Source of the DNA: Deltaproteobacteria bacterium
Lineage (GTDB): Bacteria; Desulfobacterota_D; UBA1144; Nemesobacterales; CSP1-2
DNA: 64,000 bases
NCBI GenBank assembly: GCA_016187835.1
Contig: JACPIY010000079.1
Span: 394-64,393 of the forward strand
Direction of reading: 5' to 3'
The translations under genes and the position numbers were made by a program. Positions 18,495-30,800 of this stretch are shown here, one piece after another (positions within the stretch are counted from its first letter, which is position 1; each line of letters begins with the position of its first letter). Under the pieces are notes generated by a model. It did not search any database, was not told the DNA's origin, and worked only from the letters and a program-made list of their open reading frames with translations.

Positions 18495-19550
18495 ATGGGT
18501 GGAAAACTCAAATTCGGAATAGCTGGCTCTGTGCCAGGGGAATCCACCGATAATTTAATTAAACAAACAAAACTATGTGAAAGGAGTGGTCTTGATACGG
18601 TGTGGTTTCCCGACCACGTGGTCTTTATGGCAAAAACCATAACACCTGAGGTCTGGTCTGTTATCACAGCCGCATCCACTCAAACAAAAAAGATTGAGAT
18701 GGGAACTATTGGCGATGCCCACCGAATTCATCCCGCGATTTTTGCCCATCGCCTTGCAACGGTTGATCACATATCAGGCGGTAGAATCTTTGTCTGCGTT
18801 GGATATGGAGAAAAGATGAATCTCGACCCTTACGGCATAAAATGGGACAAACCCCTAAGACGCGTCGTAGAATCCATAAAAATCATGCGTGCCCTTTGGA
18901 AAGGAGAACCAGTGGATTTTGACGGAGAGTTTTACAAACTGTCCGGGGCAGAGCTTAGAATAAAGCCTGCAAGAGAAAATGGTATTCCAATCTATGTAGC
19001 CGCAACAGCACCAAGAGCGCTTAGAATCGCCGGAGAGTATGGAGACGGATGGGTTACAAATGCGATGCCCTCAAAGCTCTTCATTGAAAAATCAAGAGTG
19101 GTCGAAGAAGGTGTAAAAGCTAGAAAGCAGAGCTTAGACGAGATAGAAAAGTGCATATATATATTCGTGTCAATGGCTCAGAATCAAGACGAAGCCTACA
19201 AAACGCTTGAGCCTATAAAACACGCCCTTATCTGGCCCGAGCTACTTAGCGAGGCTGGATACAATATAGAAATTGCAGACGAATACAAGGGGCTTCAATA
19301 CACAAAAATCATGCCCAATGATTCTGAGATGCTGAGAAAATTTAGAGAAATGGGAGCAAAATACTATTCAAGGGAAATTGTGCTGGATTTTGTTATTGCT
19401 GGTTCAAAGGGAGACGTGATAAAGAGAATAGAAGAATACATCGAAGCTGGGGTGAACCAATTCATCTTTAGAGATTTTAGCCCGGACCGCAAGAAATCCT
19501 TCAGGATTTTGTCTAAAGAAATCCTACCACACTTCCGGTGTAGTGGTTGA
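18495..19550 (+). CDS. LLM-class flavin/F420-dependent oxidoreductase
   Basis: GLDTVWFPDH, HP...A..LATVDHISGGR, PIYVAA..P..L..AG..GDGW. Confidence 0.9.
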   Translation: MGGKLKFGIAGSVPGESTDNLIKQTKLCERSGLDTVWFPDHVVFMAKTITPEVWSVITAASTQTKKIEMGTIGDAHRIHPAIFAHRLATVDHISGGRIFVCVGYGEKMNLDPYGIKWDKPLRRVVESIKIMRALWKGEPVDFDGEFYKLSGAELRIKPARENGIPIYVAATAPRALRIAGEYGDGWVTNAMPSKLFIEKSRVVEEGVKARKQSLDEIEKCIYIFVSMAQNQDEAYKTLEPIKHALIWPELLSEAGYNIEIADEYKGLQYTKIMPNDSEMLRKFREMGAKYYSREIVLDFVIAGSKGDVIKRIEEYIEAGVNQFIFRDFSPDRKKSFRILSKEILPHFRCSG

Positions 19551-19571
19551 GTTAAAATATGGAGAGTTTGG

Positions 19572-20033
19572 ATGGCTTCACGAAAACGGGGGAACAAAAG
19601 AAGAGCAAGGGCATCAATAGGACTTAATTTATTTATGTTCCTTATCGGCTTTATTGTCGGAGTTTATTTAAGCCCTAAAATTATCAAAACCATCCCTCAA
19701 AAAATTCTTACGCATCTTGGTGTCGAAAAAACAGAACCCGTACCTCAGAGGAAAACCCTAATCAACAAACCAGCAAGTGAAAAAATCGAGGTTGAAAAGA
19801 GAATTTATTCCCTAGAGATTGCCGTTTTTAAAGATATAGAAAGCGCTCTAGGACTTCTTGATACCCTAAACACGCGCGGCTATTCCACCAATATAGAAAC
19901 CACTAACGACGGAGAGAAAATTTTATATAAAGTAAGATTAGGTTTTTGGACATCTGAAGAGGAAGCAGAGAGGTTTGCCCGGACTTTTGAGACAAAAGAA
20001 GAGATGAAGGTTAAAGTAGTCCGGCTTGAATAG
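19572..20033 (+). CDS. SPOR-domain protein
   Basis: N-terminal TM; C-terminal YSLEIAVF..., YKVRLG...EEAE. Confidence 0.8.
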   Translation: MASRKRGNKRRARASIGLNLFMFLIGFIVGVYLSPKIIKTIPQKILTHLGVEKTEPVPQRKTLINKPASEKIEVEKRIYSLEIAVFKDIESALGLLDTLNTRGYSTNIETTNDGEKILYKVRLGFWTSEEEAERFARTFETKEEMKVKVVRLE

Positions 20034-20040
20034 AAGTTCT

Positions 20041-20592
20041 TTAATGCCTTATCCTTGAGATTTGATGAACAAAATCCGAGAATGGATCTCCTGAAGTCCC
20101 AGCCTGGAAATAAACCTTTCTCATGTAGTCGAGGGCGCCTGAATAGAATTCAAAATCATGTGAGAGCTTACTAAACATAATTGGGTCCCCCTTTCCCGTC
20201 TCAAGGTCAAACCTTGAGACTAAGAAATATGATCTCGTCCCCTCATTTAAGTAATAGCGGAGGTATGAATCTCTAACCACATAATCTCTAAAAATACCTG
20301 TCATAAAGAGAGTAAAGTCGCCTACGTATTTCCTCAGCTCCCTTTCCCAGTCCGATGTTTCTTGAGGATTAGTTTTGGTCTCAAGAATCATCTCTACAAT
20401 TGTTTCTACCCTTCTGCCTTCCGAATCCCTCATTCTATAAAGCCTCTCGGTCTCAGTAAAGTCAGCAAGCATATCTGTCAAGTACGATGCGACTTGGGTA
20501 TCCTTTTCCTTACCCAGATCATAAAAACTCATTCGTATAAGTTTTCCAAAAAAAGCTTTTAAGGAGGTTAAATTCATTCTCTCAATCTTCAT
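20041..20592 (-). CDS. Conserved hypothetical protein
   Basis: 183 aa; VASYL.DML..F, KYVGDFTLFMTGIF. Confidence 0.7.
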   Translation of the reverse strand: MKIERMNLTSLKAFFGKLIRMSFYDLGKEKDTQVASYLTDMLADFTETERLYRMRDSEGRRVETIVEMILETKTNPQETSDWERELRKYVGDFTLFMTGIFRDYVVRDSYLRYYLNEGTRSYFLVSRFDLETGKGDPIMFSKLSHDFEFYSGALDYMRKVYFQAGTSGDPFSDFVHQISRIRH

Positions 20593-20892
20593 GGTTTCCT
20601 GTTTCCCCCTAGTTCTTTATGCACTTATTATAATACTAAATTTAACAAAGAGCCTTTAGAAATGTCAATTAGGAATTTTCTTTCCCGAGTTAGACGCGGG
20701 ACCTGATGTCTCTAGCAGAATTTTAAGATATAACGATAGGGACGGCTTTCAAAATCTGTCTAGCGTGTAGGTGAGTATAGTTATGCTCTCCTGCTTGATC
20801 CTTGGTCATAATTGCTAATCAGGTTATAATTTAGCGACTTTTGAATTTTTAGTAAAGTTAATTCCGTATGAATTGATATGAAAGGATAGAAT

Positions 20893-21324
20893 ATGGCCAG
20901 AGTTAAACTGGATTTACCCGAAAGATTTGATTTTTCTACGGAAATTTCCCTGCGCGTGAGCGACATAAACTATGGCGGTCATCTCGGACACGACTCGATA
21001 CTTTCCTTGACACATGAAGCTCGCGTCAGACTGCTCCGAAAATATGGTTTTACGGAAATAAATATTGACGGTCCTGGGCTAATCATCTATGACGCTGTTA
21101 TAGTTTATAAATCCGAAGCTTTCTACGGCGAAACTGTGAAAATTGAAGTAGCTATTTGTGATTTTAGCAAGTACGGGTGTGACTTTGTTTATAAAATAAC
21201 TGAAAAAGAAACAGGACGGGAAGTTGCAAGAGCAAAAACCGGTATCGTGTTTTTTGATTATAGAGAAAGAAAAGTGACCTATGTGCCGGAGAAATTCAGA
21301 GCGATTTTTGTTACGGAGAGTTAA
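20893..21324 (+). CDS. Hotdog-fold acyl-CoA thioesterase
   Basis: RVSDINYGGHLG, HEAR, YKSEAFYG. Confidence 0.88.
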   Translation: MARVKLDLPERFDFSTEISLRVSDINYGGHLGHDSILSLTHEARVRLLRKYGFTEINIDGPGLIIYDAVIVYKSEAFYGETVKIEVAICDFSKYGCDFVYKITEKETGREVARAKTGIVFFDYRERKVTYVPEKFRAIFVTES

Positions 21325-21347
21325 TAGGGGCGGTTTTAAACCGCCCC
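21325..21347. repeat. REP-like hairpin between convergent genes
   Basis: TAGGGGCGGTTTTAAACCGCCCC. Confidence 0.65.
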
Positions 21348-21356
21348 AAGAGCTTC

Positions 21357-22544
21357 TTAAGCCTTTTCAACCACCATCGCTATTCCCATACCGCCGCCAA
21401 TGCAAAGCGAAGCAAGACCGCGTTTAGCTTTTCTTTTCTTCATCTCGTGGAGGAGTTTTGTCAGAATAACAGCGCCGGAAGCTCCAATCGGATGACCAAG
21501 GGCAATAGCGCCGCCATTTACATTTATTTTTTCCTCAGGAATTGGTAAATCCCTAAGAACTGCCAAGGACTGAACAGCAAAAGCCTCGTTTAGCTCGAAG
21601 AGGTCAATGTCATCTATTGAGAGCCCCGCCTTATCCAAAACCTTTTGAATAGCCGGTACAGGACCGATTCCCATAATGGATGGCTCAACTCCTGCAACTG
21701 CATAGGCAACTATAGCTCCCATTGGTTTAAGCCCGAGAGTCTTTGCCTTCTCCGCACTTGCTACAAGCATAGCTGCCGCACCGTCATTGATTCCCGATGC
21801 GTTTCCTGCGGTCACAGTTCCGCCTGCTTTAAAAACAGGACGTAATCCCGCAAGGCTTTGCGGCGTTGTGTCTCCTCTTGGGTGTTCATCCTTTTCAAAG
21901 GGGATCGGGTCGCCCTTTCTCTGAGGTATCATAACAGGAACGATTTCGTCTTTAAACTTTCCGTTCTCCATCGCCTCTTTTGCCTTCATCTGGCTCTTAT
22001 AAGAAAATTCATCCTGCTCTTCCCTTGAAATGTTGTAGACTTCTGCAAGATTTTCTGCAGTTACTCCCATGTGATAGTTATTGAAAATGTCCCAGAGACC
22101 ATCGTAGACCATTCCGTCAACTATCTCATCCTTTGGCATAGCCATCCTGTAACCATAACGGGCTTTACTAAGATAAAAAGGAGCAGCACTCATATTCTCA
22201 ATACCACCTGCTATAATAAGCTCAGAATCTCCGGCCTTAATCGCCTGTGCTGCAAGAGCAACTGACTGTAGTCCTGAACCACAAACCCTGTTAATGGTGA
22301 ATGCAGGGGTTTGGACATTAAGTCCGGCGCCCAGGGCAACCTGTCTTGAAGGGTTCATCCCCAGCCCGGCTGAGAGAATATTTCCCAATATACAGTCATC
22401 AACTTCTTTCGGGTCAATTTCAGTACGGTTTAAAATCTCCTTCACAACGGTAGACCCCAGAGTAGTAGCAGGGAAATCCTTAAGGGTTCCGCTAAACGTT
22501 CCAATTGCCGTTCTTAAAGGTTCGCAAATTACGACTTTCTGCAT
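21357..22544 (-). CDS. Acetyl-CoA C-acetyltransferase (thiolase II)
   Basis: [27 protein letters not shown]. Confidence 0.96.
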   Translation of the reverse strand: MQKVVICEPLRTAIGTFSGTLKDFPATTLGSTVVKEILNRTEIDPKEVDDCILGNILSAGLGMNPSRQVALGAGLNVQTPAFTINRVCGSGLQSVALAAQAIKAGDSELIIAGGIENMSAAPFYLSKARYGYRMAMPKDEIVDGMVYDGLWDIFNNYHMGVTAENLAEVYNISREEQDEFSYKSQMKAKEAMENGKFKDEIVPVMIPQRKGDPIPFEKDEHPRGDTTPQSLAGLRPVFKAGGTVTAGNASGINDGAAAMLVASAEKAKTLGLKPMGAIVAYAVAGVEPSIMGIGPVPAIQKVLDKAGLSIDDIDLFELNEAFAVQSLAVLRDLPIPEEKINVNGGAIALGHPIGASGAVILTKLLHEMKKRKAKRGLASLCIGGGMGIAMVVEKA

Positions 22545-22697
22545 GACAATTAGCCTCCTTAAATTTTGTAAATTTCAGGTCTTTCTGGGATTGTACCCAA
22601 GAAAGGACGGGTTTGCAAAGATTGGTTAACACCCTTCTTGACAATCCACCAGCGTTTGGGTAACCCATTAGCAAATAATTTATGGGAGCAAAACTAA

Positions 22698-23804
22698 TTG
22701 CCTAAAATAACAGTTGGAGTTGTTTTTGGAGGAAAGTCAGTTGAGCATGAAATTTCACTCCTTTCGGCAAAATCAATTCTAAGAAATTTAAACTCGAATA
22801 AGTACTTAGTCTTCCCGATCTTCATCGAAAAAAACGGAACATGGCGAAAAGCCTCGGTTGAAGACTGGCTAAGGGATGGAGGGCTGGAAATATTCAGCAA
22901 CTCTTTTCTTTCGCCGTCACTAAACCCAGAAAAACCAGTATTTTACGAAATCAGAGCAAACAGAGTTGAAAGAGAGCATAAGGTTGATGTCCTCTTTCCC
23001 GTACTCCACGGAACCTACGGGGAAGACGGGACAGTTCAAGGGCTGTTCGAACTCATGGGAGTTCCCTTCGTCGGAGCTTCGGTTCTTGGTTCTTCAGTCG
23101 GCATGGATAAGATTGTAATGAAAACAATGTTTAAGGAATCTGGCCTTCCTGTAGTGAATTTCATCGGGTTCTACAGCTATGAATGGGAATCGAGAAAAGA
23201 TGAAATAAAAAAACGGCTTCTTGATGAAATCACAGTACCATGCTTTGTCAAATCGGCAAACCTCGGCTCAAGCGTCGGTATAACAAAAGTGAAATCAAAA
23301 GATAAATTAGAAGAAGCTGTAGACTATGCCTGTAATTTTTCACATAGAATAATAGTTGAAAAAGCCGTTCAAAACCCGAGAGAGATTGAAGTAAGTGTTT
23401 TGGGAAATGAAGCCCCGATTGCCTCACTTCCTGGTGAAATCGTTCCGAAGAGGGAATTTTACGACTACATCGCAAAGTACTTGGAAGAAAGCACCGAGCT
23501 TATCGCTCCGGCTAAGCTTGATAAAGAAACAGTAGAAGAACTACAGGAATATGCAATTAAAGCTTTTAAGGCTATAGACTGTGAGGGGATGGGAAGAGTG
23601 GATTTCCTATTGGAAAAAACAACTGGCGAGATTTTTGTAAGCGAGATCAATACAATTCCTGGCTTTACTCAGATAAGTATGTATCCGAAACTATGGGAAG
23701 TAAGCGGAATAACATACCCGGAGCTTATCTCAAAGCTGATTGACCTGGCGATTGAAAGGCATGAAATGAAGAAGAAATTGAGGACCGATATAGAACTGAG
23801 GTAG
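22698..23804 (+). CDS. ddl: D-alanine--D-alanine ligase
   Basis: GGKSVEHEIS, HGTYGEDG.VQG, GSSVG, FYDY.AKY, EINTIPGFT..S.YP. Confidence 0.97.
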   Translation: MPKITVGVVFGGKSVEHEISLLSAKSILRNLNSNKYLVFPIFIEKNGTWRKASVEDWLRDGGLEIFSNSFLSPSLNPEKPVFYEIRANRVEREHKVDVLFPVLHGTYGEDGTVQGLFELMGVPFVGASVLGSSVGMDKIVMKTMFKESGLPVVNFIGFYSYEWESRKDEIKKRLLDEITVPCFVKSANLGSSVGITKVKSKDKLEEAVDYACNFSHRIIVEKAVQNPREIEVSVLGNEAPIASLPGEIVPKREFYDYIAKYLEESTELIAPAKLDKETVEELQEYAIKAFKAIDCEGMGRVDFLLEKTTGEIFVSEINTIPGFTQISMYPKLWEVSGITYPELISKLIDLAIERHEMKKKLRTDIELR

Positions 23805-23808
23805 ACAT

Positions 23809-24231
23809 CTATTCTAAATTTAAAAATCTTTCCGAAATTTCAATAAAATCCTTTATATCTTGAAGCTTATTCCTGAGGATATCATAAAGAATTTCGTAGT
23901 TTAACTCTTCATATTCATGCGTTAAAACATTTCTAAACCCAACCAGCTTAGTCATCTTATCTTTCATTTCAGTCTTAATAACATTTTCTTCAGCCAATAT
24001 GACGAAGGATTCGCTCATAGTAGTTGGCTTGCGGAATCCAGAAATTGATATTATTACCTCTGCCAAATCAATTGCTGCTTGACAAACCAAGTACAAATAC
24101 CTCTCTACCGCTCCTCTCAATGTAGCATCTGTTCTTATCTCTTCTATGGAGTAATCTTGATATGACTTGAGTATGGACAAGTATTTTCTGACTAAACTTA
24201 TTTTATTTTCTGCAACGGAAAGATTTGTCAT
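23809..24231 (-). CDS. HEPN/DUF86 RNase toxin (HepT-like)
   Basis: RNVLTHEY (Rx4HxY), AVERYL. Confidence 0.9.
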   Translation of the reverse strand: MTNLSVAENKISLVRKYLSILKSYQDYSIEEIRTDATLRGAVERYLYLVCQAAIDLAEVIISISGFRKPTTMSESFVILAEENVIKTEMKDKMTKLVGFRNVLTHEYEELNYEILYDILRNKLQDIKDFIEISERFLNLE

Positions 24232-24234
24232 ATT

Positions 24235-24627
24235 TCAGGCTTTGGTCAAACCGTACCTGTCAAGAAGTAATTTAAAATCAAAATACTCATTCAGAATCTT
24301 CGGCTCCACTATAGCCCTAAACGGCTCCTCTTCGTAAATTAAGTGACCCTCACTTATAACATTGAATTTAAACTCCGGCATCTCTGATAAATTCAAAATA
24401 GCAATTTCAACTTTATCCGTGCCTAAAATCCTGCTCAGTTGATCCATCAACTCCAGTTTAATATCAAACATATTCTTTGGATCTTTTTCATCAAAGTAGA
24501 TCGCAAAATCATAATCGCTTAAAGGACCCGCCTCCCCTTTTGCTTGGGAGCCGAACAAGTAGACAAGCTTTATTTCGGGATGGTTTTGAAATACCTTTTT
24601 TAATCTCTTCCTTAATACTTCATTCAT
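24235..24627 (-). CDS. Minimal nucleotidyltransferase antitoxin (MntA-like)
   Basis: LFGSQAKG.....SDYD (GSx10DxD), immediately upstream of the HEPN gene. Confidence 0.9.
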   Translation of the reverse strand: MNEVLRKRLKKVFQNHPEIKLVYLFGSQAKGEAGPLSDYDFAIYFDEKDPKNMFDIKLELMDQLSRILGTDKVEIAILNLSEMPEFKFNVISEGHLIYEEEPFRAIVEPKILNEYFDFKLLLDRYGLTKA

Positions 24628-24847
24628 ACCTTAATGATATAAGATTGAAACTTAAAAATCAAAAGATAGTCTGATTGATTTCCTTTAGGAGTTATCTTAA
24701 AATTTCTCGACAAGTAAATTCTACTTAAATACTAGAGCACTAAGGTATATAATGCTTATATGAGGGAGGATGGAAGGTTGAATGTTCCGAGGTTCGAACC
24801 CAATCTAACGACAAGAACTAAATATCACAAATAGTTAGGATACACTT

Positions 24848-27800
24848 ATGGAGAAATCAACGGCAGAGTCTCGTGTGAGACGATACATTGAAGAATGGAA
24901 GCAGAAGCTCGTTGACCTCACACGAAGAAATCGTCTCATCTATTTTAAGCGAACCAAAGGTTCAACTCTGATAATCACGCAACCCGATGTCCAGACCGTT
25001 TTTGAGCGGTTAGTAATCAAGGAGGCCAATTGGGAATTCTGGTTTCCACCATCGGAAGAAAAGGATACTGACGAAGATTCTATCCTTGATCCGTCAAATC
25101 CAAGTGAGAAAGGACAAGAATCTCAGTCTCAATCAATATTTCCAGAACAAGAAGCTACTTTCAAAGAACCTATTGTTGAAGTTTATGACCTTGTCCCTAA
25201 AAAGCCCTCCACTTCATCCAAACCCATTAGAATCAATGAACTGGTGATCGAGGGTTTGGGTAGAGAAGAACTCGAAAAAGTCATAAAGAATCTCTACAGG
25301 CGTTCCAGTTCGGACTATGAAGAGCGAGGTGTCAGAATTTCTATCTTGCACTAGGAATTTGGGAATGGAAGGAAAGTAACTCATCTGAAGTTATTCGATC
25401 TCCCTTAGTTTTAGTACCAGTAGAATTAAGTCGCGAATCTGCTCGTGAACCATTTCGCCTCTCACCTGTAAGTGAGGATGTCATCCTAAATCCTGCTCTG
25501 CAAGTGAAGTTACGAAAGGATTTCAATATTGAACTGCCTCCACTGCCTGACGACTGGGAAGAGGTTAGTCTTTATAAGTATTTTAATTCCGTTGCTAATG
25601 CCGGTGGAAAACTTAACTGGTCGGTAAAGTTTTTAGCACTAATAGGGCTTTTTTCATTTTACAAGATAGTAATGCATCAAGACCTAGAAGCGAATGAGCC
25701 TGTGATATCTAAACATCCCATAATTTCAGCCCTCGCTGGAGAACCCCCAGAACAAGGCATTGTCGTAGGTAGTCCTATAGATGAAAAAGAACTGGACTCC
25801 ATTCGAGAACCAGATAGGATGTTCCATATTTTGGATGCCGACAGCAGTGAGCAAGTCTGCATTGAACTTGCTCGTCAGGGACAGAGCTTTGTTTTGCATG
25901 GACCTCCCGGCACTGGGAAAAGCCAAACCATTAGCAACATCATAGCCGAGTTTATAGAATCGGGCAAAATAGTTCTTTTCATCAGTGAGAAAATGGCTGC
26001 TCTAGAAGTTGTATTTAAAAGACTGCGTGAGGCTGGACTTGGAGATTTCTGCTTGGAACTCCATAGCCATAAAACAAATAAAAGGGAAGTTATTAAAGAG
26101 CTCAACCGTAGTCTCGAAGAACGAATTGTACCAAAGAAATCAATATCAGAAATCGAATTCCAAAGACTGCTTCAGTTAAGAGATAAACTCAATAATTATG
26201 TTACTGCCCTACATAAAATTCGTGAGCCATTAGGAATAAGCGTATTTAACGCGCTTAGCAAGCTTGTTAGTCTTAGGAATGTTCAATTCGTCTCGGTCAA
26301 TATTCCAAACATTGATGCGCTAACCCCCGGAAGAATCGTGGAATTTGAAGAGTTAGTAGCACAGTTAAAAAACGTCTGGGGGGTTGCCGAAGAAGGAAAA
26401 AACTTTCCTTGGTATGGATATCAAGAATCCAGAATCACTCTTGAGTTAAAATCGGAATTGTCATCTCTTCTGGAACGGCTTTTGAACCTGGTTGAACATT
26501 TAAAGTCACTTTCAAATCAATACGCATCGTCTGTAGGACTTGACTCCGTACTAAGTCTTTCTGAGGTTGAATGGCTGGTGAAAATTGGAAATCTCCTTTC
26601 CCAAAGCCCAGAGACTAGTCCAAAATGGCTTATTGGTGAAGAACTCGATAATCTAATAAAGGAAGCTACTCAATACCAAGAATTATTCAACTCATACCAA
26701 ATAACCCTAAATTCACTCCAGAAAAAGTACGACAGCAGGTTCTTCGAGCTACCAGTTGATTTTACTTCTCATATTGAGGAAGCCTGGTCTCAAACCTCTA
26801 ACTTATTTACAACTTTTGATTTTAATGGAGCAGAGTTACTCACCCACCATGCAATAATCCTAGAATTTGTTAAAGACACGAAAACCTGTATTAAGCAATG
26901 GCTAAATGATGTCAGAAATTTAGCACGATACCTAGGTTTCGAAATTGATAATCTTAGCTTGGAACGCATAAAACAAATCGGGAAGCTTTCTTTACTTTGT
27001 TGTTCGCATACTCGACCCGAAACAAATTGGTTTGACCCTATTTTTCTTCAAAATGTTAAGAATATTTTGCCAAAGGCCCGTGAGTCCTACGTAGAATATA
27101 AACATAAGAAACAAAGTATAATGGAGCAATACTATGAAACGATTTTTGAATTGGACCTGGATAGGCTTGCACAGTGTTACAGTGGCAATTATCGAACTTT
27201 ATTTGATCTGCTAATGCCTGCCTTCTTTCACCCTTCTAAGCAAGATGCAAAAACAATAACTACTTATCATAAAACAGAACAAAATTATACTGCAGCAATG
27301 TTTTCTGCTCCCCAGTCTTATAAGGAAGATACCTATAGAAAAGGTATAGAGTTTCTACAAGTTTTTGAAAGATTCCAACAGTTGTCACGAGATTTGCTAG
27401 TAAGCGCATATGAACTCCTACAAATATTAGGCGTACAAGTAGATCACACAAATCTGGAAAAGATACGAGACTTGGCACGGTTAGTGATACAAACTGGAGA
27501 GGTAAGTTGTGAAGCAGAATGGTTAGACCCTGTCAGGTTAAAGCAAGTGGGAGCTCTTCTTCCAACCATCAAGAATGACTATCTTGATTTTAAAAAATCT
27601 AAAGAGAAATTGATGGAGAACTATGATGAGAGTTTTCTCGAAATGGATCTCGATACACTTATAGAAAAGTATAATAGTGCCTATAAAAGACTATTTCGCT
27701 TGTTAAAACCCTCCTATTACAAAGATCAAAAAGCTATAGCTCGTACAACCCGTAGCGGTAACATTCCCACATCTTTAAAGAAAGACCTTTTAGCTGCTCG

Positions 27801-30800
27801 CGAGCTAAAGCGACATGCAATAAGACTCGAAAAAGAACGCGAGCAAACAGCTCAAATATTAGGTCGTCTATTCCAGGGCATATTACAAACTTCGAACTGA
27901 TAGAGCTTGCATACAATTTAGCTTTAGAAGGTGTGAAAATTACTGGTTTTCCAGTTCCGCATGAATTAATAAAAGTTCTATCTTTTGACACCCAGTCTAA
28001 CCGCGAAATTATTAATCTTGGACATAAACTTATTCGCTTATTTCAAGACTGGAGCGAATCGGTACAGAATTTTACATACCTCTCTTCATATGAGCAGACA
28101 ACCATTACTGAGTCCTCTATCTTGCGAAGCTCGCTTCCGATATTTGAGCAGTGGTTGTTTAGTCTTGAGCTTCCACTTTCCGATTTAAAAGCCATAGCCA
28201 AGACAAACCATGGAGAGTCTATACCATCAACGGTACGAGAGGATCTATTAAGAGCTTATGAAGTAAAGCAGATTCAAGTTCAACTAAAAAACGAAACCGA
28301 AAATTTAAATCTTCTACTAGGGCAGTATTTCAAAGGGGAGGATACAGATTTTGATTTAATAGAAAAAGCTCTTAACATTGCAAGTGAAGCTTTGCTTCTA
28401 ATCAGACAGCCAAACATACCAAAGGAACTTGTAAATGCTATCTCATTGGGAACGATTCCCTCTCCAGAATTACAAACCGTAGGATCACGCATATTAAATT
28501 CCTTGGAGGCTTGGGAAAAATCAGCCCATGATTTAAGCCACCTAATTCCAGTAGACCGTCTACCCGGATCCGAAGCATCTATGTGGTTAAGCCCTATACA
28601 AAATTTAGAGCAGTGGGTTGACGATATCGAAACACCTCTATCCAATTTATCCTCTCAAATAGTCAATATTCTTAAAACCTGCTTCCAATTCAATCCACCT
28701 GACTTAGCAACTTTAGTTCGTGATTTACAAGCTTTAGATAACTTAAGAGATTTTGAATCCCTTATTACGAGAGAATCGGAACGCCTTCAATCGCTTTATG
28801 ATTCTTGGTTCCTAGGTGTCAATACTAAATGGAGTGAAATTGTATCAGCTCTCAATTGGACAAGAGAAATTCGTTTTTTGTTCGGCAATCGCTCTATGCC
28901 TGCTTTCTTTGTTGATCTTGCATCTCAAGGGGCAAGATCCGCCCCTAACTCGCAAGAATTAACTAAGATTTACCAAATTACTATAGAGCTTTTTCAATCT
29001 CTTCAAAGTCGGTTTGATTTACAAGAACTCGACTATAATGGAATTCCGCTCCGCGAACTAGAACTTGACCAGTTACTACAAAGACTTATCCAACTTCGTA
29101 CCAGGATTGATGAGCTACAAGACTGGATAGCATTCAAAGTACTTGAAAAACGATTTGTTGAAGTTGGATTATTCAGTTTTCTCCAACAGCTCACTGGTAA
29201 TCCCCCTCCAGCCCATCAATTATTGGATATCTTTCGAAGAGGAATCTACTAGGCTTGGGTTGATAGGTTCTACATGTTAGACCAAAATCTTGGAGACTTC
29301 AGAGGGCAAAACCATGAACAAGCAGTTGCTGAATTCCGTGAACTAGACCAGAAATTAAATCGTCTATCCGCATATCTAGTAATTGAGAAAGCAAATTTAC
29401 GCAAACCACGAGACCTTTTCATACAGGCGCGCGATACTGAAGTAGCCGTTCTCAAACAAGAAGGCGCGAAGAGAAGGCGCCATTTGCCTATCCGCCGTCT
29501 TTTCGAGAGGATTCCAAATCTATTAACTCGCCTTAAACCATGCTTGTTCATGAGCCCACTTTCAGTAAGTCAATTTCTCCCCTCAACAGTGCTTAAGTTT
29601 GATCTAGTAGTCTTTGATGAGGCTTCTCAGATTTGTACAGAGGACGCTGTAGGATCCATCTACCGCGGACATCAACTAGTCGTTGCCGGAGATAACAAAC
29701 AATTACCGCCTACTGCTTTTTTCCAACAGGGAATCGCAGAAGAGTACGATTGGGATGATATTGGTGATGAAGAATTTGCAATCTTTGAAAGCATTCTCGA
29801 CCAATGTAAATCGATAGGTCTACCTGAAAAGATGCTCAGGTGGCACTATCGCAGTAAACATGAGTCTTTAATCGCCTTTTCCAATAGACGATTTTACTTA
29901 GATAGGTTGATTACATTCCCATCTTGCCGACTTAGGCATGAAACTCTGGGTATCAAGTTTTATTATGTTCCTGATGGCGTATATGACAGGGGTGTTAAAA
30001 GAAACAACCCTCGGGAAGCACAAGTCGTTACAGACTTGGTCTTTGATCATTTGCGTCAATACCCAACTAAAACACTCGGAATTGTAGCTTTTAACTTACA
30101 ACAAATGACTACTATAGAAGATGAGATTGAGCTACGCCTAAGGGCTCAGCCTGAATTCGAACAATTTTTTAAGGAGGATCGACTTGAGGGGTTTTTTGTT
30201 AAGAATTTGGAGAACGTGCAAGGTGACGAACGGGATGTCATCATCTTCAGTATAGGGTATGGATATGACCAGAATAAACGAATCACCATGAATTTTGGTC
30301 CACTGAATAAAGCTGGGGGGGAGCGTAGGCTTAATGTTGCCGTAACCCGTGCACGTGAGAAGGTTAAACTTGTCAGTTCAATCAGGGCATCAGATATTGA
30401 CTTGAACGCTACTCAAGCTGCTGGTGTACTAAATCTATATCACTATTTGGATTATGCTGAACGAGGATTATCAGCACTGGAACTTTCGCACCCTCAGGGC
30501 TCAGGTGAGTACGAATCACCACTTGAGGAGGACATTGCTAATGAAATTAGGCAATTGGGCTATCAAGTTATACCCCAAGTGGGTTGTAGTGGCTACCGAA
30601 TTGATTTAGGTGTAATTAATCCAACTGAACCAGGCCACTTTTTATTAGGAGTGGAATGCGATGGAGCAACCTATCACTCCGCTTACACCGCGAGAGACCG
30701 AGATCGGCTTAGACAACAAGTGCTAGAAGCGTTTGGCTGGCGCATACATAGGATATGGTCACCCGATTGGATAAGCAAACGAGACTCAGAGTTAAAAAAA

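Noticed and set aside
24787..24802. GGTTCGAACCC as a tRNA T-loop remnant or att site before the helicase
   Set aside because: The flanks do not form a T-stem and it does not match the 3' end of tRNA-Val in this window
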